A DNA stretch of 64,000 nucleotides from Octopus vulgaris (lineage: Eukaryota): positions 66,526,001 through 66,590,000 of the forward strand of contig OX597815.1 in NCBI GenBank assembly GCA_951406725.2, read 5' to 3'. The translations under genes were made by a program, and so were the position numbers. The notes below the pieces were generated by a model, which had not been told where the DNA came from, made no database searches, and was given only the letters and a program-made list of their open reading frames with translations. Below are positions 52,870 through 64,000 of the stretch, piece by piece; within the stretch, counting starts at the first letter, position 1; each line of letters begins with the position of its first letter.

Positions 52870-53426
52870 CCGTTGCTTTAATAATCCAGATTCTCTACCA
52901 GTCAGAAACAACAAGACGCAGACGTAAATAATATATATACTACTTTATTCTCTAATGTGGTAACAGTAACAATAAGTGGTTATCTGGTATCCCTTTGGTA
53001 TAAATGTGTCGTGCTGAACTTTATCTCTGTAAAATAAGAAAGTGTTCAAATGCAAAACGACACTGGTCAAAGATGGCGGCGAACAATGGAGACGATGTTG
53101 GTCTGCAACAATTTGGTTAAAGGCCTTTTGGTAAGGTGCTGCTAGAATCTAGTTCGGACGGAGAGAAAATATACGTGACCGTTGCCTTCAGTCGCTGCTG
53201 TCTCAAGTCGCTGCTGTCTCAAGTCGCTGCTTGCTGGACGCTGGTGGTCAACGTCTTACGATCCCCTTGCCTCGGCTAACTGCTACGTAGGCAAAAGGGT
53301 TCTTCTTCCGGTGCTTCGCGCATGCGCGAGAGGGCCCTTCCTCTCTCTGCCTTGGTAAAGGCACCAACACGCGCGAAATACAAATGGACGGTGCGCGAGC
53401 GCGTGCCGTTGTATAGGATCACTACA
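52870..53426 (-). mobile_element. Solo LTR related to the 16.8-19.8 kb Gypsy element
   Basis: Shares CCGTTGCTTTAAT...GACGTAAA...CTGGTATCCCTTTGGTAT...GTATAGGATCACTACA. The left boundary is uncertain. Confidence 0.8.
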
Positions 53427-53902
53427 AATGTTTGGTAGACGTCAGCATGTATCCGTAAATAATTTGTTGGTTATTTTCAATAAGCAAGAACACATATTCT
53501 TGAGATTCACCGGTCCGGCAGGGTAGCTTTGATTGAAGAGACACATGACGTGGTCGAAACACTGAGATGTACCAAAGTCCCTTCGCACCGAAGAATCGCG
53601 TGTGTAATAAACACACATCGTCTAAGAGTAGGAGATGTTCTCCGATGATGAAAGACTACAGCAATCAGTATCCACGTTCGAATCTATCAGAATGTATTGA
53701 GAATGAAGAGATACGTTAATATTTCTATAAACATTTTAGCTGAATATTTAGACGCACCATAACCAAATGGTTAAGAAGATCGTTTCATTACCACGGGGTA
53801 ATGAATCACACATTCTTAAGTTGAACGTTAATCAACAAATAAAGTATATATACGACCAAAGCCTTGTGAGTGGATTTGGTCGGAAACTGAAAGACGCCTG
53901 CC

Positions 53903-53946
<44 letters not shown>

Positions 53947-53947
53947 A

Positions 53948-56900
53948 CTAGCAATAATACCTGGCGTTGCACGGGTCAGAAAGTAGTAAATATTTAGCGC
54001 GTCTAGTTATGTTGTCAGTCTACATTACAGCAGTCTGGACCTCAATCGGTAGTGCAAAAGTGAATTGGAAATTCCAAACTTTTATAGAGTTTTATTTAGG
54101 TTAAGGTTAGAGTTGACAATGCAATCTGACATCACTAAGTCTATGACAAATAAGTGTTTGTCCGTCCATGTAGTGACTCGTGTTGTATATCTCTCTGTAT
54201 CACTGCTGCCTGGCGCCATCCGATAATGCAAAGTTGTAGTGTGCACTGCAATGGTGTGTAGTTATATTTGGGTTTATCAGATGTAGACACAGAGAGTGAA
54301 TCATCAAAACGTTTATTTCACAAGTGAGCATTTTGGGGGATTGGGCTATTTAAACAATCGTTAAGTACGACCGTCATTAAAATGAGGAGAGTGATTAAAT
54401 ATTGATTAGTTGTCATGACGTATGGATAGTATCGACGTTGAATGTTTGTCCACACCATTTATGTTGCAGAGTGCGCGAAGCTGCTACAGCGAATGCGTTC
54501 TATGTATCTCTGCCCTTTTCATAAGCCTCTACCAGTTAATTGGTGGAACATTGCATGCCTCCTTTCTGCTTACGCATTGAATGCATTAGAAGTGTATTAT
54601 AAGAAAACACTGATCGGTTGAAGTTACATCCTTAAAGATGCTCGATCGCCCCTTAAGCCATTGTTGGAGTAATTACTACTCCTATTTTTGTAAAAAAAAC
54701 TAAATGCTGCAGTAAGAGGAGTGTAACTTAATAGGTTTCTCTTTGTGAAATGGGCTGACTGTGTGCTGGTAGTTTTAGAGTAAAAGCGGATGTAAAGCCC
54801 ATTACACACGTCTGAGAGGATGATGTCTAAATCAGCTGCTTTGTGAAGCTGCACGTTACTTTTTCACAGTGTAAACAGTTACGAAGTCTCATACTAATAC
54901 CTCTTGGTAGACAATATTTTTCGTTCTACCTCGGGGTGAGTAAACGAAGAGACTTTCTTTGCTTCCCACCCGGGAACAACCGAGGTATAGCTGACCGTAT
55001 GAAAAGCATGATTCATCTAAATGCAGCCCTGCCACCGATAGTGTCTGCCCCTGTGACTTATTGATTAACATTGCAAAACATAGTCTAAGGGGGAACTGCA
55101 GACGTCGAAATGCAAAGGGAATATCTGCACCAGATGGAATGAGAGGGATTCTGATAACTTCAAGATAGTTCACTGCCCGGTCGTCGTCGAGTACAAAATC
55201 GATTGACCCGTACACGTGCAACCTTCCGGGAAGCGAATGCAGCAGCTTAGCGTTGAGAGTGGTTACTGTGCTGTTTTTTGGAGCCAAAATGGCTCTTTCA
55301 GAAATCCAATTCATGTCAAGGTAGTTCCTTTGTAGATTTGGAAAGTCATGTACTTCTAGTTCATCGGAATTACTGACAGTGGTGCAGAGGTGAGTTAGTG
55401 ACAGTTTTCCGTTTTCATCGAGCTGAACAATACTGTTTCCGATTGACAATGTGTCAGATGCAAAATCTGATGCAATCTGGTCACCACAAAGCTGCGCTCT
55501 TATGTTTGTTTTGGGAGACAATGTTGTAACATTTTGCCACAGCCGGGAGCACTTTAGGCAAGCCCTGACAACATCTGCCCTGGTTCCCTTGGGTATTACA
55601 GGAAGCGTTTGTCGGAAATCGCCAGACAGGAGGAGAGTTATACCAGCCATCGTAGCGGGACAGTCTCTGATGTCTTGAAGAGTGGTGTTGAGAGCTTCGA
55701 GGGATCGCTTGTGGGCCATTGTGCATTCATCCCAAACTATCAGCTGGCAACTTCGGAGAATCAAGCCCTTTTCAGACGTTTTCGGACCTTGCCAAATCAA
55801 ATGGTAGCTTAAAGGTTGAGTGCGCTGTCCTGCCACCGGGCAGTAAAGTTGCTGCAATGCCAGAGGAGGCCACAGCCTCGGCTACGTCTTTTCGGTGTCT
55901 TACTTTAGCAAGTAGAAGCTGAATAACGAACGTTTTTCCGGTCCTTCCAGGTGCATCAAGAAAAAATACCCCCTTTTCGTTTCTGCATGTGGTCAAAGAT
56001 GGTACTGTAAGCCCACTGTTGCTCAGGCAGAAGTTTGGGCTCATTTTGCTGGATGTATTGATTAAGGACAGTGTCATAGGACGTTTCACATATTAACTCT
56101 GTTGGTATTGAAGGCGTCCCGTGGCACAATGGTTGCGGCAGCCCGTATGTAGGTAAGGTATTACCTCCCAGAGAAACAGTCATGTTCTCTATGTCAAGTA
56201 AAGCACAGTTGTAAATGAAATCATTTTCAGCAGGTAAGCAGGTATGATGCAGTTGAGCCTGATAATGGAAGTCTTCTGATAGGTCGTGTCTGTACTTAAA
56301 CCACAATGAATGGGGATCGGGAAGTTGGCAAATGTGCAGGAGTACAGGAAACAGAGCTCTGAGACTTTTCGGTGACTGTGAAACAGCAGCCTCCACAAGC
56401 GTAACATCCCACAGCGCACCGTCTTCTAGCAGCCCACGTAGTAAGCAGGTCCCCTTGAGTGTAGCACATGTATGGCCGTTCACGGTCTTTAATTGGTCGA
56501 AGGACTTTGGACCCCTTACCTCGTGAAGCAGCAATCGGAAGTAGAAGCATTCTTGTTGGCCCTGCTGAACCGTATACACTCTGCTGAGGCAATTATCAAA
56601 TTTAATTTCAGGGTGACCATCAACGGTTCGACCTAACTTTCTTCGCTGCCACTTTTACTTATTCCATGTGTAGTATGACGGGACTTGAGGATTAAGCAGA
56701 TCTTGTGCAAACAGGTCTACCTGGTAGAGTTTGAAGAAAACCGTGTTGTATCTATTGATTGCCTAGTCAGTCGAGTAGCAGTGGAAGCGGTTGGCCGTTT
56801 TCAAGGTGCACTACAAGCTGATGGATTGGCGGATGCCTTTGATGCAGTGAAAACCCGAAAATGCGCCAGAAGGCTTCGTTACTACTTATGTACCTGCCTA

Positions 56901-57290
56901 CTTGGTATTGCATTATTTCATCTCGGACTCAGTCTGATTGCAGGCCGAACACAGCAGCATCAGAGCCTTTGTTGATGTGCTTGCACACATATTTGATGGA
57001 CTTTACAGAATTGCAGAGCTCGACATTTCTGTGAGCATTGAATGCTTTCGACAGGATTGGGCAGTAAGGCACTATCCATCTGTTGTCTACTTGTCTACTT
57101 CATACGAACCAACATGCGCTGTGAATCCATCGTCCCCAGGTTTCCTTCGTCTGTACAGAGGGTACCCGTCGTGCCCGGATTGTGTTTCCTGAAGAAATTG
57201 TTTTGGGTATTTCTAGCTGCAAACTGACCCTTTCATGCAAGGTGATCGAAGGTTGAATCCTCGTCCGCAGGGACCATGGATCATGTTTGT
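53948..57290 (-). mobile_element. Decayed, 5'-truncated autonomous-type Helitron
   Basis: 3' end ACCCGTGCAACGCCAGGTATTATTGCTAG|T, plus RepHel coding remnants. Confidence 0.9.
54889..57290 (-). pseudogene. Helitron RepHel: Rep C-terminal part + PIF1-like SF1B helicase
   Basis: MIHGPCG, DGYPLYRRR, FYFRLLLHEVRGP, DAPGRTGKT, VASSGIAATLLPGGRTAHS, IVWDECTM, GDFRQTLPV, RAILAPKN, RLQFPLRLCFAMLINKSQGQTL and GQLYLGCSRV, with frameshifts. Confidence 0.93.
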
Positions 57291-57492
57291 GTATGCATTC
57301 ATCCTTGTTTTTTTATACATTCGCTGCTTTCTTCCAAGGAATCTAATGCGTTAGCTTAGTTTTTCCTTGGAGCTGGCCAGATTGGAGTAATCTCAAGAAT
57401 AATCAGCCGAAATTTCGAGTATAATCTGGTTCTTGACTGAAGAAAGAAAACTTCAAATGACCCGTCCTTATTTTTTTATCGTCTATCAGGAT

Positions 57493-57552
<60 letters not shown>

Positions 57553-57574
57553 CGGCGTACGTACACTTTGTTCT

Positions 57575-57648
<74 letters not shown>

Positions 57649-57657
57649 AATATACAT

Positions 57658-57972
57658 AGGCGTAGGAGTGGCTGTATGGTAAGTAGCTCGCTTACCAACC
57701 ACATGGTCCCGAGTTCAGTCCAACTGCGTGGAACCTTGGGCAAGTGTCTTCTACTATAGCCTCGGGCCGACCAAAGCCTTGTGCTTGGATTTGGTAGGCG
57801 GAAACTGGAAGAAGCCCGTCGTATATGTGTATATATGTATTTGTATGTGTGTATATGTTTATGTGTCTTGACAACCGATGGTGGTGTGTTTACGTCCCCG
57901 TAACTTAGCGGTTCGGCAAAAGATACCGATAGAAAAAGTACTAGGCAAATGACTGAAACAAGTAAAAGAGTA
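57658..57972 (+). mobile_element. SINE family B
   Basis: Homologous to 51825-52240, with a 3' deletion. Confidence 0.85.
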
Positions 57973-58509
57973 ATATATATATATATATGTAGTAAATATC
58001 TCAACTTTATATATATATCTTAATAATACTAAAATTCTAGAGATGTTTGTGTGTACCCGAAATATCTCAGAAATAGTATATTTTATCTTAACTTTTTTTC
58101 TGCACATTTATTTTCATACTTAGGCAGTACAGAACAATTTTTTGTGATATTTGGACCTCTATTTATTAATGAAAACGATTAATCACAATTTTTGTTTGTT
58201 ATTTCTTGATGAAAAAAAACATGACTTCCGTGACGTCAACACACATACAGAATACACATTATATAATGAATGCCATGGCTTGTTAATCAACACAAACACA
58301 CGTCCGCTATCTGTGACACACATAGTCTTCGAGCTTTCTAAGAAGAAAAAAAAGCGTCGACTTCTTGATGTACACAATATTTTAATCATGTTATTTCAAA
58401 AGTATAAGTTGTTTGTACAGTAGGTATTTATATTTTATCTTTCAACAGAAAAGATTTAAATTTTTTTTAAATTTTCAAGTGAATGGCGATCTTTAGCTTG
58501 TCATCCAGG

Positions 58510-58969
58510 GTTCGTCAATTTCCGTAAAAACTTTTTTATTTATTTACTTTTGTTTTAGAGTGAAAGAGAGTAGAAAGTGAAATGTACGCGTATATGAAAT
58601 GGACGTGTGTGTGTGTGAAAGAGAAAGAGAGAGAGAAAGAGGAAGAGAAAGAGAAAAAGTGAGAAAGATAGAGAGAAAGAGAGAGAGAATAAGTGAGAGA
58701 GACAAAGAGTGTGAGTGAAGGGGTGTGTTGTCATGTATACGTACATACATCAATACATATGCGTACAGCGTACGCCTTTTTTGTATGTACGTGGCATGTG
58801 TGTGTGTGTGTGTTCTCATGTATGTGTAAGTGGCACACTCTCTCTCTCACACACACACGCACCTACACGTCCATTTCATATACACGTTCATACATCTTTC
58901 ACTTTCTCCTCTCTTTCACTTTAAAACAAAAGTAAATAAGTAAAATAATTTTTACGGAAATTAACGAAC
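58510..58969. repeat. Imperfect ~120-bp inverted repeats around a microsatellite core (foldback/MITE-like)
   Basis: GTTCGTCAATTTCCGTAAAAA...TATATGAAATGGACGTGT vs ACACGTCCATTTCATATA...TTTTTACGGAAATTAACGAAC. Confidence 0.8.
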
Positions 58970-59372
58970 AAAACCAGCTGATCCGGATGACAGTTCTGAG
59001 AGTCAAAGCGGCAGTTCTGAAAGTCGAAGCGAAAGATCGTCTCAAAGGAATGCCATTACAAAAAGTTTTTGGCGTGCATTCAATATATCTCAGCTCCAAA
59101 AATTTAGCTGCCACTTCTAGCATGCACTGCTACCATGTAACAGCTATTTGCGATAAAAGACCCGAAATACCTGTTACGTAGTAGCAAGGCGTGCAAGAAA
59201 TAGCAACCAGTCAAATTTTTCCTTTTCTGGGGAAAGGAACCGTTTACGCGTGATTTCGATGTCACATTCGTTGAAAACATGCGAAATAAACCTGGAAAAA
59301 AACAGCTCACGAAACAAAACTCCGTTGCTGGGAAACTCAGACTTTCCAGGTGACCCAACAGATCACAGGTAG

Positions 59373-59446
<74 letters not shown>

Positions 59447-59459
59447 TTATGTTATTCGA

Positions 59460-59644
<185 letters not shown>

Positions 59645-60698
59645 CTAGTACATTACATTCTCAAGTCCGAGGACTCATAATGGTGGTTACCCATTCATTT
59701 TGCATCACCATTTGGTCGACAGGACAACATTACCCTTGAACGTGACGCCAGTCGGTCGTTGCAGGGTTAACTGGAGCAACACGAGATGAAGTGTTTCGCT
59801 CAGGAAAATGATGTACCTCCCGGTCCAGACATCGAAACCAGGATGTTGTGATCATAAGTGCAACACTAACCACTTGGCTACACGAACATACATACATACA
59901 TTCATAACTATAATATATCTATATCTATATAAAAGCTATAATACATCCGTGTGGGAGTGGTGGAATATACAATAGTAGTGAAGTGACATTAGTCAAGCGG
60001 ATTTCATTGATAGACAGGTTATGAGATACTTATAAGTCATGTGTCATCAAAACTTGGTCGTAGAAATTATGAAATAATTCTGTATCTTCAAGTTTTGGGG
60101 TTGGGTTTTTTTGCTCCCCCCCCCCCTTTGTAATTGTTTCATTTATGTCGCTTCTGATAGGAACTTCTTGTTTTCTTTCCTCTTTCTTTCCTTTTTTTTT
60201 AAATCTTTGCCACACAGTAGACAAAATGATTCACAATATTTCATCTGGAGTGCCTCCACGATCGCCCAGATACCAATAATTCGCGAATGTTTCGTTAACT
60301 TGCCGTACTAAATTCAAGCTTGCTTTCCCGTTGGTCAACCACCCGCTCCAGTACTTATACCAAAAGATGGCACCTAGTTCTATTCAAGAACTGCTTATGG
60401 TGGCTCGCATGAAACAATCTAACCAACTTTAAACTTGTTGCAGGTTTCTGGCACCTCGAAATTGAGAAGCAAACTTCTTAAGCTATTCAGTCCCATGCAT
60501 ATGTAGCACAGCTATGTGTTTAATCTGAGCTTCGTAACACGTAACGCACACACGCACACACACACACACATATTAAAACAGATGAGTGAGATTGGAGGAA
60601 AGATGCTTATTCTATTAGTTTACAGCTGTTTCATAATCATGTTAGTTATATAAGAGATATTACATTATCCTTCGCACGTATATAAAATTTACATATAT

Positions 60699-60742
<44 letters not shown>

Positions 60743-60917
60743 ACACATACATACGCATTCATATATACGTGTTGAGAATTTAATTAACAGACTAATCTTC
60801 AGAACAGTTCGTGGTATTTCAAAACACCAACTATATATATATATATATATTCAACAATATAAGGAATGGCGCTGGTAGCGGAGAAATTTTTCTAGAATTT
60901 TTTGCTACCCTTATATT

Positions 60918-60984
<67 letters not shown>

Positions 60985-61034
60985 TCACACTCGCACGCAC
61001 ACATACACACGCATTCATATAAATTATATTATAT

Positions 61035-61378
61035 TCCTTGTTTCAGTCATTTTTTACTACGGCTATGCTGGAGCAACGCCTTGAAGGGTTTTAGTCGAAC
61101 AAATCGACCCCAGGACTTATTGTTTTTACGCCAAGTACTTTATTCTATCGGTCGCTTTTGTTGAGTCGCTGTTACGGGGACGTAAACACACCAAAACTAG
61201 TTGTCAAGCGTTGATGGAGGTGAACAAACACAGACACTAAGACACGCGCGCGCGCACATATAATACATAAAAATATATGGAGAGAGAGAGAGAGAGAGAG
61301 AGAGATATACATGACAGGATTCTTTCAGTTTCCTCACAAAGCTTTGGCCGGTCCGAGGCTATAGAAGGCACTTGCTGA
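61035..61378 (-). mobile_element. Diverged SINE family B
   Basis: CTTGTTTCAGTCATT...GTTACGGGGACGTAAACACACC...TCTTTCAGTTTCC. Confidence 0.75.
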
Positions 61379-61449
61379 ATGTATGTATGTACGTATGTAT
61401 GTATGTATGTATGTATGTATGTATGTATGTATGTATGTATGTATCTATA

Positions 61450-61761
61450 TTAGAAAAAAACACCTTTTATTAATTCAATAATGAAAAATTAAATTATAAC
61501 ATTTAGAAAAATTACATCTTAAAGAAAGATTAAATATAAGATAAAACATATAACAATGATTAAGTAATGTGAAAAATAATAAATAAAACGTATATATTTG
61601 GTAGAATAACGACACGTGTTTCGTGGCTATATTTAAGAAATGATAATAGTAATAATAATAATAAAATCACTTCAATATAAATATAGCCACTCTTCGGGTT
61701 AAAGATAAAAATAATAAAATAATTAGATAAATTAATAAATATACGTAAATAATCTTGTAAA

Positions 61762-61765
<4 letters not shown>
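61450..61765 (-). mobile_element. Penelope-like terminal repeat copy with mutated hammerhead (61607-61701)
   Basis: Clearly homologous to ~950-1270. The core reads CCGAAGA instead of CTGATGA, while stem II and GAAACACGTGTC are conserved. Confidence 0.7.
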
Positions 61766-61820
<55 letters not shown>

Positions 61821-61900
61821 TGTGATATATATATATTCATTTATTACATATAACGTGTTATAAATATATGTATATATAAATTTATTACTTATAACCTGTT

Positions 61901-61961
<61 letters not shown>

Positions 61962-62397
61962 TACATATGTATGTGTGTATGTATATGTACATACATACAC
62001 ACACACATACATGTGTGTGTGTGTGTAAACGACGAGGATGCTTTAACATAATGCGGCGGAAATATTATCAGAAATGAATGAACAACTGGTTATTAATATA
62101 CCCATTTATTATATATCAGTTACTATGTTGTTGCAATGTTGAAAATGATTATAATGCAAGTCGTTTCAAAATACAAGAAATATACAACCTCGTCGGTTTG
62201 TTTGTGTCTACACAGCTTGTTTGTAGATGCAGTCGAATATTTGTCACTGATTCCATTGTGTATATTAATGTTTTTGTTTTTTGTTTTTTTCTTTTTCTAT
62301 GAATGCTAGGGAGAAAGACATAATAAGACTGGTAAGTCTACATTTGTACGCTTCGGAGAAAAAAGAATACTCTTCGATCAGGCGGCGGCCAGCCGAA

Positions 62398-62455
62398 AAG
62401 AGATCGACTAATATTTGCTTGTGTAAATACACAAGCAAATATTAGTCGATCTCTT
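62398..62455. other. Perfect 27-bp stem hairpin
   Basis: AAGAGATCGACTAATATTTGCTTGTGT-AAAT-ACACAAGCAAATATTAGTCGATCTCTT. Confidence 0.95.
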
Positions 62456-62768
62456 CTGCCAATTTAATTAGGTCAACTGAGAACTATAGGATTCTTCGTA
62501 CTTAATCAGAATCGACCCGTGAATACTTTGAGAAGGTCTGAGAGGTGAACTCACAGATTAATATCTGTGAGATCAATAAGGTTAAGACAATAGACCAAGA
62601 CTTTGCTTGACGATGTATAAAAATGTGGATTTGGCTTCACATCCTAGCTTAGCTTTACTGAGGCTCTTCACCACATACATACATACATACAAACACACAC
62701 GTACGTACGTGCGTGCGTGTATACGAACGAGTGGACAAACGAAAAAAAAGTGGCGCACTCAGTCGCAT

Positions 62769-63182
62769 AGGCGCAGGAGTGGCTGTGTGGTAAGTAGCTT
62801 GCTAACCAACCACATGGTTCCGGGTTCAGTCCCACTGCGTGGCATCTTGGGCAAGTGTCTTCTGCTATAGCCTCGGGCTGACCAAAGCCTTGTGAGTGGA
62901 TTTGGTAGACGGAAACTGAAAGAAGCCTGTCGTATATGTGTATATATGTATGTATGTATGTGTGTGTATATGTTTGTGTGTCTGTGTTTGTCCCTCTAGC
63001 ATTGCTTGACAACCGATGCTGGTGTGTTTACGTCCCCGTCACTTAGCGGTTCGGCAAAAGAGACCGATAGAATAAGTACTGGGCTTACAAAGAATAAGTC
63101 CTGGGGTCGATTTGCTCGACTAAAGGCGGTGCTCCAGCATGGCCGCAGTCAAATGACTGAAACAAGTAAAAGAGTAAAGAGT
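62769..63182 (+). mobile_element. SINE family B, full length
   Basis: Near-identical to 51825-52240. Confidence 0.88.
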
Positions 63183-64000
63183 ATATATATTTAATAATAA
63201 CTTGACTCGGCCCCACAAAACTTTAAATCATATGGATCTGAGTCAAACTGTTATTTATATATATATAATCCACACACACACACACTTGCGCGCGCGCGAG
63301 GAAATTACGTCACCGTACGATCAAGTTGATTCGTCTTCCGCTTGAATACTTTAGATATTTCGTGTCTCACAACAAAAGTTTATCCACAATAGGAAAACCA
63401 AGTGTAAATGCGACATACCGTTATGCCTAGGTCATTTCTTAATCAAACAGGTTTTCTCAATGGATGACGATTATTACGACGCACCCTTTCTATCATTTGT
63501 TGTTGTTTAACTGCACATCATCTCGACCTACGATCAAAGCTTTTCTAGACATGGCCGTGCTGGGTTTTTGTATATTAATTTAGGCGAACCTTCGGTATAG
63601 GTACACATGTGACTTTGTTTACATTTCTGAAGATAACAGAAACCCTTTTCTCCCACCCCTAACCTTAACCCCCCATATATAAAAAAAACAATTTCTTGAA
63701 ATGTATCTGGTACTTACACCGGTACTTATACCGAAGTTACGCCTTAATTTATCTAATGTATCTTTATTAAGATCATTTAAGACAGTAAGATGTGATTTGA
63801 GGGTCATTTGGCTGCTATTTCGAGCGATCACATATTGAGAAGCTCCCTGTTTGTCCCATTACAAATCTTGTCATTGTTGACGAGGTGTTGGTATATATCA
63901 GTAATGGTTAGAGTGGTAATGTGAAAGTGGTGATAGGTGTAATTGCAATAGTTGTGGTGAAGATGGTGGTTGCGGTAACAGTGGCGATGGTGGTGGTGGG

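Noticed and set aside
54889-55857. Host PIF1 helicase gene
   Set aside because: Intronless, frameshifted, fused to Rep motifs and bounded by a Helitron CTAG end.

Overview
AT-rich, microsatellite-dense eukaryotic genomic DNA. The SINE families and repeat landscape suggest a coleoid cephalopod, probably Octopus; this is inference from recognition, not a database result. I found no host protein-coding gene. The only intact host gene is a tRNA-Asn(GTT) at 24722-24795 (-). The rest is a graveyard of nested mobile elements: (TAA)n-targeting R4/Dong-like LINEs, Tx1/L1-like LINEs including a near-full-length decayed copy, a non-autonomous Gypsy LTR element with a tRNA-Trp PBS plus a related solo LTR, a decayed RepHel Helitron and non-autonomous Helitrons, a Chapaev3-like transposon, hAT MITEs, GGATC-ended 8-bp-TSD elements, Penelope-like remnants and two tRNA-derived SINE families. 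The most notable structures are: (1) a canonical minimal type I hammerhead ribozyme beside a Penelope GIY-YIG remnant, with a second mutated copy 60 kb away; (2) a ~2.5-kb tail-to-tail Helitron palindrome whose centre is tandemly duplicated; (3) a three-level nested insertion with all TSDs readable; (4) TIR elements carrying TTAGGG-type repeats; (5) a 250-bp templated insertion; and (6) a perfect 27-bp hairpin. Most ORFs in the supplied track are microsatellite or antisense artefacts.
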